From contig NC_058381.1 in assembly GCF_018350175.1 (NCBI RefSeq), positions 21,638,001-21,702,000 of the forward strand: a DNA stretch of 64,000 nucleotides, given 5' to 3'. This DNA comes from Felis catus. Its lineage: Eukaryota. The notes below the pieces were generated by a model. The model made no database searches, was not told the origin of the DNA, and saw only the letters and a list, made by a program, of their open reading frames with translations. This document shows positions 48,649 through 59,039 of the stretch, one piece after another. Within the stretch, counting starts at the first letter, position 1; each line of letters opens with the position of its first letter. Position numbers and translations under genes: made by a program.

Positions 48649-48681
48649 AAAGATTAAAAAAAAATTAAAATTGACTGTCCA

Positions 48682-48907
48682 GGGGCACCTGGGTGGCTCA
48701 GTCAGTTAAGCCTCTGACTTCAGCTCAGGCCACGATCTCGCGATTTGTAGGTTCGGGCCCAGAGTTGGGCTCTGTGCTGACAGCTCAGAACCTGGAGTCT
48801 GCTTCCGATTCTGTGTCTCCTTCTTTCTGCCCCTCCCCCGTCCACACTCTGTCTCTGTCTCTCTCAACAATAAATAAAAACTTAAAAACTTATTTTTAAA
48901 TTAAAAA
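48682..48907 (+). mobile_element. Can-SINE C of the triple cluster
   Basis: followed by AAATTCTGTGACTTCT (48908-48923). Confidence 0.95.
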
Positions 48908-49034
48908 AAATTCTGTGACTTCTTACTATGTTATTCTGACTTTCATCACATTGTAGAAGACTCTAATAAAAACATACTATTTCAATTACTATTATTTTGC
49001 TGAGTGTTCTCTATGTTCCAGGGACTGGATAATA

Positions 49035-49503
49035 TGTATGTGTGTGTGGGTGTGTATAAAATACACATATATTATCTATAAGTATAATATATGTATATAT
49101 TGTAATGTAATATGTGTATACTATATGTATATAGTTATATATTTATTATGTAACATATGTAATATATATTTTGTTACACATACATACATATATATGTTAT
49201 ATATATTATTATACAGTAATATATATCAGTAATATCTATAATATATATGTTACTGTCTCATAATATATATAAACCTGGGGTTTACTAGAAAAGACTTCTT
49301 ATACTTGGCAAGATCTGAGCTCTTAGAGCAACTTACAGACATAAATTTTCACATATTATGTAATTAGTATTATATACAACTTATAACTTAATTATATAAA
49401 TTCTATACCTACACCATTAGGTACACTTATATACTTGTACCCATGTAATGCATATACATACAAATATACTTATGTAATATAAATATGTATACGTGTCTAT
49501 ATA
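49035..49503. repeat. degenerate (TA)-rich low-complexity tract
   Basis: decayed TA/TG/CA alternations that split a MIR. Confidence 0.9.
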
Positions 49504-49670
49504 AGTACTCATTTAACCCTCACACAGCTTGGAGAGGCGAGTACTATTATTATGCCCATTTTATAGAGGAGGAAACTAAGGCTTGGAGAAGATAAGCAAG
49601 CTTCCCCAGGTCACAAAGTGAAAAATGATGGGACTTGAACCTGAATCTGTCAATATGTATCTTTTCCATT
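49504..49670 (-). mobile_element. MIR; the other part lies at about 48975-49034
   Basis: CTCATTTAACCCTCACA...ACTATTATTATGCCCATTTTATAGAGGAGGAAACTAAGGCT...CCCCAGGTCACA. Confidence 0.85.
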
Positions 49671-50379
49671 GTTTGTACTTCACCGTACTTCATACACTGG
49701 GGGTTCAATAGTTCAGGCAAAATAAATGCTAACTGAAGGGATCAATACATCATATCCCAGCTCCTACAGTTCTTGCTCATCCTCTACACCCAATCTGCTG
49801 AGCTGGAAGTTCAATGCACTTTAGCCTGAGGTGGATTTTCTGGGCCCTCTGGTGTGTGTGTGATGGTGATAGGGCATGTGAGGTAAGCCTTCATTAGCAG
49901 GATATGTTTCCATCTCTCTTTGGGTCTGTCAGATCCTCAGGTGGTGGCAAGAGCTGCTGATCTAGACCCTGGACTCTGCTCATGGCTCACTGGTAGCTGG
50001 GGCAGTCCTGAGGGCCAAGGATTTGAGGTCTTGCTCAATCAGAGGCCCCAGGTTGGCCCCGAGCTCCTGTTTATGGTTGGCTTTACAAATATTGGGAAAC
50101 TTCAAAAAAAAAAAAAAACAAACCACCCAACAACAACAACAACAACAGTGCTATCCAGCGATAAATTAAGCCAGTCCCAACACTCACAAAATCCATAATG
50201 GTATAGATATCCAGATAGACCTTAATTGTGATTTAATAGTGTTTACTGTAATTTAGCTCCAGGGAAATGTACTTTCAATTAACCAGTATAAACACAATGT
50301 CTACTTACCCCATAAATGTTCTCCTAAATGTGCTCATTAAGGCCCACATCCAATGAGTTTCATATCATGCCTTCCTTTC

Positions 50380-50824
50380 TTTCCCCAAAACACCACTCTA
50401 CTTCAAGATCACCTTACCTGTATCTGGATTGTTGGTCTATTATCTGCCTCTAATTTTGCCTATGCACCTTAATTCACCCTCCACACGTGACTCCCCCTCT
50501 TTAACCACATTCTAACTCCTGGCCCTGCATGCACACTACTCCACAATATGGCCTCCAATCGACCCTTCTGGACTCCCCTTCCACTGTTCACCAGTATCAC
50601 CTCGCCAAGCACTTCTGTATCCAGGCCTTTGTTCATGCTGTTCCCTCTTTTGGAACTGCCCTTCCCACCATCTGTTCACATGAAAATCCAACCTCTCCTT
50701 CAAGACCATCCTCAAACCTCCACCAAAAAACATTGGTAACTTGTCTGTTTAAACTTGGATGTGGCTTTGCTTCTCTTTAAGCTCCATACTGATTTCTCTA
50801 TTCTTCTCTAATGGAATTTAGGAG

Positions 50825-50875
<51 letters not shown>

Positions 50876-50990
50876 TATGTCTTTCACCTCTACAACAATG
50901 ATTAGAAACAGCGGTCCTGTGTTTTTATCTCTGTACCTTCACAGGGATCTGGATATAGATGCTCGATACATGATTATTGAATTAAACAGA
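50380..50990 (+). mobile_element. L2 3' region containing an internal (TA)n
   Basis: CAGGCCTTTGTTCATGCTGTTCCCTCT...TCCTTCAAGACC...TTTATCTCTGTACCTTC. Confidence 0.65.
50825..50878. repeat. (TA)n(CA)n microsatellite
   Basis: direct inspection. Confidence 0.95.
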
Positions 50991-51438
50991 GTTGCCCTGA
51001 CCTGATAGGAAGTATACAAGGCAACACCCAGCTGCTTGGCTCTTTAAGAGACAAAAAGACTCGGGCGACCACCAAGGTTCCCCCTGTGTGTGAGTATTCA
51101 CGATTCATCCAGATCATGTTCTTCACCTCTAAATAGTTCTTGTAGTTATTCAGTAAAATCCTTCAGACTTGATCAAATATCTGCTGACACATCCTTAGAG
51201 CATCTTCTCATATATAAGTAACTGCAGTGTCAATAAAAATTCAGTGGTAGTTACACAATAGGACTTGAATCGGGAGTTGGGAGATCTCAGTTGTAGCCCC
51301 AGAAATATCATTAAATTGCTGCAGAACTAGGATAATTGGGGCTCCGTCATTTCATTCCTGTGCCTCTGTACACAGCAAAAGTGAGATAATTGGCTGGTGA
51401 ACAGTATGGCGCCTTCTGATCGCATCCAGGCTGGGCAT

Positions 51439-51608
51439 CAGTGGCCTGCCATCCTGGCCGCCCATTACAATCACCTGGGGCTTTACAAATACCACTTTCT
51501 GCTCCAGCCCAACCAACTGATGCTCTCTGAGGTTATCACCCAGGCATCAGAAGGTCTTTCAGCTCCCTAAGTCGTTCCAAAGAGCAGCCAAGATGGAAAG
51601 CCTCTACT
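51439..51608. mobile_element. MER5-family MITE
   Basis: CAGTGG...CCATTACAATCACCTGGGG.CTTT..AAATAC...CCCAGGCATCAG...GCAGCCAAGATGGA. Confidence 0.7.
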
Positions 51609-51613
51609 CTGGA

Positions 51614-51778
51614 CAGATGCTTCTCAGATTTTAACGTGCATTTTAACAAACCACCTGGGGATCTCTGCAGAGTCCGATTCCTTCAGTCTGAGGAAGGACC
51701 CAAGAGTCTGCATTTCTAACTGGCTCTCAAAGTGATGCCAGTGCTGTTAGTCCATGGACCGCACTTTAAAGAACAAGA
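51614..51778. mobile_element. MER5A MITE
   Basis: GCTTCTCAGATTTTAA.GTGCAT...CACCTGGGGATCT...TCTGCATTTCTAAC...GTGATGCC..TGCTG.TAGTCCATGGACC.CACTTT. Confidence 0.85.
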
Positions 51779-52177
51779 CCCGTTTTATTGTCTTTAAGTT
51801 CTTGAAGGGCTGTTCTTAGAAAGAGCCACATAACTTAACCACAGGATGTGTTATTGGCCCTAATAGGTGCTAGCTACTCCTCAGGCCCTGGGGAGGAACA
51901 AAGAGTGTCTGACTTCAGAAGAACCTAGGAAAATGCTCCAGAAGGCAATCAAGACAATCAGGACGGGTCTAAAGAGAGCCACCAACAGAAACAGATGCCT
52001 AAGAGACTGTAGTAAAATAGCTGGGAACTCAGAAACTTTGGACGAATGCTGGCTTAAGGCCTTAAATCATAAACTAGCCATCACATCCCCAGTTCCCAGA
52101 GTCCCACAGGCCTAGCCTTCTCCAAATTATCCAGGCAAAGCACAAATTAATTCAGACAGCACTAATTGATTACCCAC

Positions 52178-53097
52178 TGTGACAGTCATTTACTTATTGT
52201 CTCCCAGCCCCACTGCCACCCTTCTACACTCTGCTCTATACTTCTGGGCCTGAGACTACAAACCACATTTCTCCCTTGCTTCCTGACTCTAAGGGGACCA
52301 ACTGTCCCAGTTTGCCCACAACTGTCCCCATTTTAGCCCTGAAAGGCCCGCATCTCAGGAGATAAATCCCTTACTTATTCTTGCTGGCTTGCTATTAGGT
52401 TCCACAAATAGGTGTCACCAGGGGAGATCAGTAAGGAGGGAGAAGGGGCTGTCTTCTTCCTGGTTTGCTTGCTGTCCCCACCACCGAGACCCCGGCTGGT
52501 GGCAGGTGCCATCCAGCAGCAGCAGTTGGTTCTGGCCTCCTGCCCCTCTCAGCACTCAGAGCCAGCTCAGTGCTCCACTCAGATGTCTTAGTAGTTGGGT
52601 AGTGTCCCTCTGCAGAGGCTCGAGCCCCAGCCCTATAGGTTCCTCTCCTGAGCTTCTAAAATCTGATGATCCACTTCTTCCCTTGTTCCTCCAGCTCTGG
52701 GGGTGAGTTTCTATTTCTTGCATTTCTCATATCTGGGTTACATCAGTGTGCTCCATTTAAACCTGTCTAAATATTTTTTTTATTATTTTTTAAGTTTATT
52801 TATTTATTTTGAGAGAGACAGGGAGACCACGAGCAGGGAAGGGGGAGAAAAAGAGGGAGAATCTCCAGCAGGTTCTGCGCTGTCAGTGCAGAGCCCATGC
52901 AGTGAGATCATGGGCTCATGATCAAACTGTGAGACCAAACTGTGAGATCATGACCCGAGACGAAATCAAGAGTTGGACACCTAATGAACTGAGCCACCCA
53001 GGAGCCTCTAAACCTGTCTCAACACTGTTTCTATGTTAAATTCCTTCTGATGATAAATCTAGTGTGGTTTTCCTGACTGGTTCCTGGCTGGTGTATA
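52178..53097 (+). mobile_element. ERVL solo LTR (LTR33-like) carrying a MER94-like fragment (about 52292-52360) and a Can-SINE
   Basis: 3' end TTAAATTCCTTCTG...CTAGTGTGGTTTTCCTGACTGG; AGGGGACCAACTGTCCCAGTTTGCCC...TTTTAGCCCTGAAAG resembles MER94. Confidence 0.55.
52773..53008 (-). mobile_element. Can-SINE (older) with an internal duplication
   Basis: TSD TAAACCTGTCT (52758-52768 / 53009-53019); CAAACTGTGAGA is repeated. Confidence 0.9.
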
Positions 53098-53144
53098 TGC
53101 CCTGGACGCCAACAAGTCAAACAGATGTTAGAAATATAAAGGCA

Positions 53145-53310
53145 CAAAGCATAAGAGACTCTTAAAAACTGAGAACAAACTGAGGGTTGATGGGGGTGGG
53201 AGGGAGGGGAGCGTAGGTGATGGGCATTGAAGAGGGCATCTTTTGGTATGAGCACTGGGTGTTGTATGGAAACCAATTTGACAATAAATTTCATATATTA
53301 AAAAAAAAAA
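53145..53310 (+). mobile_element. 5'-truncated feline L1 (3' UTR plus poly-A)
   Basis: ATAAGAGACTCTTAAAAACTGAGAACAAACTGAGGGTTGATGG...GAGCACTGGGTGTTGTATGGAAACCAATTTGACAATAAA then poly-A; perfect 15-bp TSD AGAAATATAAAGGCA (53130-53144 / 53311-53325). Confidence 0.95.
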
Positions 53311-53337
53311 AGAAATATAAAGGCAAATACAGCACAA

Positions 53338-53356
53338 TGTCGCCCTCTAGTGGAAG
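53338..53356 (-). promoter_or_regulatory. CTCF-binding motif candidate
   Basis: minus strand TTCCACTAGAGGGCGACA closely matches the CTCF core CCA(C/G)(C/T)AG(A/G)(G/T)GGC(A/G). Confidence 0.6.
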
Positions 53357-53399
53357 GGCAGAGGAGTACCGTTATTACAATGTAAAGTGCTAAGCGCTA

Positions 53400-54150
53400 A
53401 GCCAACTACACACTCAGTGTTAGGACAGCCCAGGGCAGGGGGTTCCCAAAATAGGAATTCATGGAAAGCTTCCTGGAGGAGGTGCTATTTGAAATGGATT
53501 TCAACTGGGGCTTTCACAAAATGAAGAAAAGAGCAATGGCCTTTCAGGTAGAGGGAACGCCGTGTGCCATACAGAGCACAACATGCTCTAGGAATGATGC
53601 TGCAAGGTCAGAATAAGGACAGTAGGTAGAGGAGTAGTGGACAGTCCAATCCAGTTGTCTCAATCTGCTCAGGCTGCTACAACAAATACCATAGACTGGG
53701 GGGCTTAAATCCCAGTTCTATGGGATCTTGGACAAGTCCAAGATCAAGGTGCCAACTGACCTGGTTCCTGGTGAGAGTGTGCTCCCTGGCTTGCAGATGG
53801 CTGCCTTCTTGCTGTGTCCTCACATGGCAGGGCAGGGAAGTGCTGGTGTCTCTTCCTTTCTTACAAGGGCACTAATTCCATCATGGGGGCTCCACCCCTC
53901 ATAACCTCATCTAAGCCCAATCACCTCCCAAAAGCCTCCCCTCCTCAGACTATCACATTGGGGCTTAAAGCTTGAACATATAACTTTGTGGGGAGGGGGA
54001 CAGGAACATTCAGTCACAGCAGGCCTTTCGTGCTAAGTTACGATGTTTAGAGTTCATCCTGTAACCTTGAAGCCATTAATAAGCGATTTTTAAAGAGGCG
54101 ATGCCAGGGTCATATTATCATGTCTACAGGTGGCTCCCAGGGTGGTCAGG
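53400..54150 (-). mobile_element. L2 fragment interrupted by MLT1A
   Basis: GGAAAGCTTCCTGGAGGAGGTG.TATTTGAA...TTTCAGGTAGAGGGAAC; it resumes at AGGCCTT..TGCTAAG...GAAGCCATT..GATTTTTAA. Confidence 0.7.
53656..54021 (-). mobile_element. MaLR solo LTR (MLT1A/MLT1A0-like)
   Basis: TG...CA termini; GGCTGCTACAACAAATACCATAGACTGGG.GGCTTAAA...AAGTCCAAGATCAAGGTGCC...CTTGCTGTGTCCTCACATGG...AAGGGCACTAATTCCATCATG. Confidence 0.92.
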
Positions 54151-55649
54151 TGGGAAATTGAGATGGAAAGTTGACACCTCTTAGGACTCGGTTTTGCTCA
54201 ATTCTAGAGGCCAGAAATCCATGGTCCTGCATTGTAAGAAACAGGTGGATGCTTTAAATAAAGATGCAGGATATGAATTCAAATCCATCTAGGTCATTGC
54301 TTCAGATGACCTGGGCACATAGATATTTATACACACACAGAGCCAAGACTGTTTGGTTGAAAGAATAGAATGGTTTCTTCCAAGGGCACACTAACATGAT
54401 CAGAGCGTCTTAGTCGGTCATGAAGAGGGGGTGGCCATTCTGATGGACAGCTATACAATCTTGAAGGCTCCAGAGAGCACGCACTAGACTTTATAACAAG
54501 CGGATGATCCCTTACTTTTCCGGGACCCAGAAGCCACTTGGACAGGGAAGATGCCCGAAAAGCGTTAACAGGGGAAACATGGTCCTTTTCACGGGCAAGG
54601 GGTAGACGACAACTAGAAATACACAGGCAAATGTGCCAGAGGGAAAATTCTCCAGCAGGTGCGTGAAGGTGTGGATACTGGACCAGAAGTCCTTGCAATC
54701 AGTTTTGCAATCGGTCGTTTTGGGAAATGCTGTGAGGGAGTGAAAAGGCTAGTGGGAGGCTGGGACCACTTAAATGTACCTTTTCATATTTTTTTCCAAT
54801 TAAAGTCTGAAAGCCAGCCTCTAAGCCTAAAGTGCTGGAGGCCGTTAGCCACCCGAGGAAAGGCGGTTAGGCACAGGTGTGCCAAAGCTACAGAATTATA
54901 ATAAATACATGTCCCAAGTCCGCAATGGCTGAACCACCGGGCCCCATTTGATGCTAAAAAGGTCCATTGTGAAACCTATCAAAGATAATGACACTTTATG
55001 GAGTGAGAGCCAGCCATTGGGAACACGCCGTCCCCCAGGCAGGGTCCAGGCAATGTAAGGAACACTGACATGCTCCAAGGGCCACCTTTACTGGCAGAGG
55101 CCCAAGAGGGAGGAAGCCATCAGTCTTTCTGAGTGGCCATTACTGATGTTTTGGTCATCATCACAAGACATAATTGAGACCATCCCGCCACGTCCTGCGC
55201 TAAGGTTTAAACACAAAACCGCAAACATCCAGGAGATAGAGAGATGTGTCAGCATCCACACCTGAGACAGTTCTGGGGCAAATGTAATTGACTATAAGCC
55301 AGAAAGGAGGCCACGGTATTGGGAAACCAGAGAAAAAAGTGGGTGCAAAGTTGGGGGTGGAAATGAGGGGCTTAAGAATGAGATTGTCTTGTTCTGCCCC
55401 GATCATACATAGAGCCACTGCAGGCCTGGACATTATGACACTCTGAGAGGGATGTGAAGGAACCACAGCACTGGGTGGGCAGGGAGACGCTGGGAAGCGA
55501 GACAGGGGAGCTCCAGGGGTGTTCAGGCGGGGAGACTGATGGCCCAGGAGAGCACCATCCAGTGCGGGTCACTGACATGCTAAGGGCTGTCTCAGGAAAG
55601 ATCAGTGACACATGCTGAGAGAGGCCAGCAGGGAGAACCAGGATAGGCG

Positions 55650-55860
55650 GGAAGAATTCCAGGTGCGCCCTGCTGTATTCGTGGTACTTACCGCCTGGAA
55701 TGGTCTTGTTTATCTGTTGGCTTGTTGACTGTCTCTTTTCCAGTAGACTATAAGCCCCATGAGAACAAGGACCTCATCTGTCTTATTTTCTGCTGTGCCC
55801 CAAGAACCGGGAACAGTGCCTGGCATGTGACAGGTGGCCAGTGAGTATTGATACAACGAC
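55650..55860 (+). mobile_element. L2 3' end
   Basis: TAGACTATAAGCCCCATGAGAACAAGGACC...GAACAGTGCCTGGCATG. Confidence 0.8.
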
Positions 55861-55909
55861 TAAGGGAGGTTAAGAAACAGACTCAGCCACGGTTTGTAAG
55901 GTAGGTCTC

Positions 55910-56600
55910 GGAACTGGCTTTCCAAACTTAAAAAAAAATCCTTTCTTGAAATACCCCTCACATGGGACCCCAATATAGACGACAGATTAGTGTGGCATTT
56001 TAATAGTATACATGTATATCATAAGTCCTAATATCAAACATGTATTATTAACTTATAACGGATGAGAAATCTGGGACTGTTTTGATAAACATAAGAAAAC
56101 CTTTGAAATCAAGGCTACCAGAAGACCAAGAATATAATTTATTCCTCTCTTATCTTTGGCTTGCGGAGCACTGAGAAAACCCTGATTCATGCAGAGAAGT
56201 AGTTGCAAATGATGCCAGTCTCCAATAGCTCATCTGGCAATCTCAGGATAATTCTTTAATTAAACTGATGCAGGAACTTGAAAAGGGAGTAGCTGGCAAA
56301 TTGAGCTTGAAAGTTGAATCTCTTACAGTTTGTAACAGTGGGTTGTGCCTCTTACTATACATTCAGAAGTCAGACAAGAAGAGGCAAAGACAATACGTGC
56401 CAATTCTACCCTGATGTGTGATATTATCATGACTCTGATGAGTTACACATTCAGTTATAACTATACAACCAACCACTGGGCCGTGCTGGGAGTCAAGCAC
56501 CTTCTCTGTGCCTCACTCCTAACTGAACACGAGACTGTGTTTCTGAGCCATGAAACTCTAATTCCCAAGATGTAGGAGCTCAGGCATGATGTTGTCTTTT
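55910..56600. mobile_element. possible degenerate hAT-Charlie remnant
   Basis: TTCCAAACTT...CCTTTCTT.AAAT..CCTCACA.GG.ACCCCAATATA start resembles Charlie4z/MER103; the interior is AT-rich. Confidence 0.3.
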
Positions 56601-56617
56601 TAAGAAAAATCAGTGAA

Positions 56618-56816
56618 GGGGAGCCGGGGTGGCTCAGTTGGTTAAGCATCCAACTCTTCATTTTGGCTCAGGTCACGATCTCATGGTTTGTGGGTTCAAG
56701 CCCCATGCTGGGCTCTGCACTCACAGTACAGAGCCTACTTGGGATTTTCTCTCTCCTTCTCCCTCTGCCCTTTCTCTACTCTCTCCCCGCCCCCCCCAAA
56801 ATAAATAAACTTAAAA
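56618..56816 (+). mobile_element. Can-SINE (older)
   Basis: TSD AAAAATCAGTG (56605-56615 / 56817-56827). Confidence 0.93.
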
Positions 56817-57012
56817 AAAAATCAGTGCAAAGATGCAGCCTTCATAACCAATGACTCATTTTCAGTAAGTTCTGATATCCACAGATAACCCTGCTGGGAG
56901 AAGGGTTGCCAGAACCACACAAAGTGATCTGGTAATACAAATTAAAGTATTTGTGGTTAAAATTTGGTATATGGCATTTAAGTAGTATGTTGTTGTTCTA
57001 GATGACCTTACT

Positions 57013-57439
57013 NNNNNNNNNNNNNNNNNNNNNNNNNNNNNNNNNNNNNNNNNNNNNNNNNNNNNNNNNNNNNNNNNNNNNNNNNNNNNNNNNNNNNNNN
57101 NNNNNNNNNNNNNNNNNNNNNNNNNNNNNNNNNNNNNNNNNNNNNNNNNNNNNNNNNNNNNNNNNNNNNNNNNNNNNNNNNNNNNNNNNNNNNNNNNTAT
57201 ATAAGTATNNNNNNNNNNNNNNNNNNNNNNNNNNNNNNNNNNNNNNNNNNNNNNNNNNNNNNNNNNNNNNNNNNNNNNNNNNNNNNNNNNNNNNNNNNNN
57301 NNNNNNNNNNNNNNNNNNNNNNNNNNNNNNNNNNNNNNNNNNNNNNNNNNNNNNNNNNNNNNNNNNNNNNNNNNNNNNNNNNNNNNNNNNNNNNNNNNNN
57401 NNNNNNNNNNNNNNNNNNNNNNNNNNNNNNNNNNNNNNN
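57013..57439. other. two assembly gaps separated by an 11-nt island (57198-57208)
   Basis: N runs at 57013-57197 and 57209-57439. Confidence 1.
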
Positions 57440-57939
57440 CAGGATTCCTGCAGCCCTGGGACTTAAGTATTACCAGACAAAGCCAAATCCAAGGGTTCCC
57501 TGGGAATCTGAGATTCTTCCAGACTGGGCGGATGTAGTCATAACCTTTCTGATGCATGAAGACTACACGGACTGCAGCAATGAGGGCAGACAGAGATAAG
57601 CCCATTTATGGGCTTTACCATGAGACTTGTCATTACAGGTGTCCCAGTGAGCAAGAGCCACGACTCCCAGGTTCCTTGTCCCAACATTCTGGTGTGGGAA
57701 GGTATTTCCACCATAATGGAGATGGCAGATGGGCATATGTAGAGAGAGGTAATGACCACCTGGGGATGGAGAGTAACCAGCCTCCAAACCTTCACAGAGA
57801 TGGCAGAGACCCTCATTTCTGTATGCCAGTAAAGGAAGAAACAAATTCTCTCACCCAGCTTAAGGGACTATCCACCTGCTAAATATACAGTGTCATCCTG
57901 TTGTTTAACTATATTTGTGATTATGAAACATCAGAGTAT

Positions 57940-58161
57940 GGGGCGCCTGGGTGGTTCAGTCGGTTGAGCGTCTGACTTGGGTTCAGGTCATGATCTCACG
58001 GTTTGTGAGTTCGAGCCCCACCTCGGGCTCTGTGCTGACAGCCCAGAGCCTGGAGCCTGCTTCGGATTCTGTGTCTCCCTCGCTCTCTGCCCCTCTCCTG
58101 CATGCACTCTGTCTTGCTCTCTCTCAAAAATAAATAAAAACATTAAAAATTTCAAAAAAAA
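57940..58161 (+). mobile_element. Can-SINE
   Basis: TSD CATCAGAGTAT / CATCAGATTAT. Confidence 0.96.
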
Positions 58162-58177
58162 CCCCATCAGATTATAA

Positions 58178-58415
58178 CAGCTGCCATCATTTACTGGGTA
58201 ATTACTATGTGCTAGTTTCATAATTGATTTATACAAATTATTTTTTCTAGTAGCAATCCTAGAATTCCCTTTTTTTTTCGTATCCACATTTTACAGAGGA
58301 CAAAACTGAGGAATGTCAACGTGAACTTGGCTAAAGTCATACAGCTAAGCATGCAATGAAGCCATGATTCATATCCTTACAGCTTGGCTCCAAAGTCCAA
58401 ACCTTTAACCACTTT
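58178..58415 (-). mobile_element. MIR
   Basis: CATTTTACAGAGGACAAAACTGAGG...AACTTGGCTAAAGTCATACAGCTA...GGCTCCAAAGTCCA..CTTTAACCACT. Confidence 0.8.
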
Positions 58416-58428
58416 AAACACATGAACT

Positions 58429-58657
58429 GGGGCGCCTGGGTGGCTGAGTCTGTTAAGCATCAGCTCTTGATTTCAGCTCGGGTCACGATCTTGCAGTGCG
58501 TTGGACGGAGCCCCATGTTGGGCTCTGTGCCGACAACACAGAGACAGCTTAGGATTCTCTCTCTCTCTCCCCTTCTCTCTGCCCCTCCCCTGCTCGCGCT
58601 CTGTCTTTCCTTCTCTCAAAGATAAATAAACATTAAAAAAGAAAAAAGAAAAAAAAT
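58429..58657 (+). mobile_element. Can-SINE (older, no clear TSD)
   Basis: GGGGCGCCTGGGTGGCTGAGTC head, CT region and A tail. Confidence 0.92.
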
Positions 58658-59039
58658 CCAGAGTTACGAAATTCTCCAAAATTTGGTAAAGTTCTGCAAA
58701 AGTCAAGTAAGTGTCATACCACTGATACCCATTTCTGTGAGTTCATTGACTACCCAGTTACATTAATTGACGTTAGGTTTCATCCCAGTCCGTGCTGAGA
58801 CCTTTGTCTCTTTCATGGAAACTCATCTCCAAATTTATGGTGTATGCCAAAGGAAAACCAGATTCACTCTCCATCATTTCGGCGTGTAACCGACATCCCT
58901 AGGATGCCTTTATATTGTTGAGTGAAGGACGCACGTATAAATGTGGCAGTGAACTCTGAGATATACGGTGGCAGGGGGAAAACAGGAACCCTGCATGAAT
59001 GAGCTAACACGACACAGTGGGAAGGACATCATTTAGGAG

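Noticed and set aside
48203-48923. CRISPR-like or prokaryotic repeat-spacer system
   Set aside because: The repeats are SINEs and TSDs in a mammalian genome; there is no regular repeat-spacer array or cas-like ORF anywhere in the window
54291-54312. AGGTCA-N10-TGACCT inverted nuclear-receptor half-sites / small hairpin
   Set aside because: The 10-nt spacing is not a canonical response element, and a 7-bp stem is expected by chance
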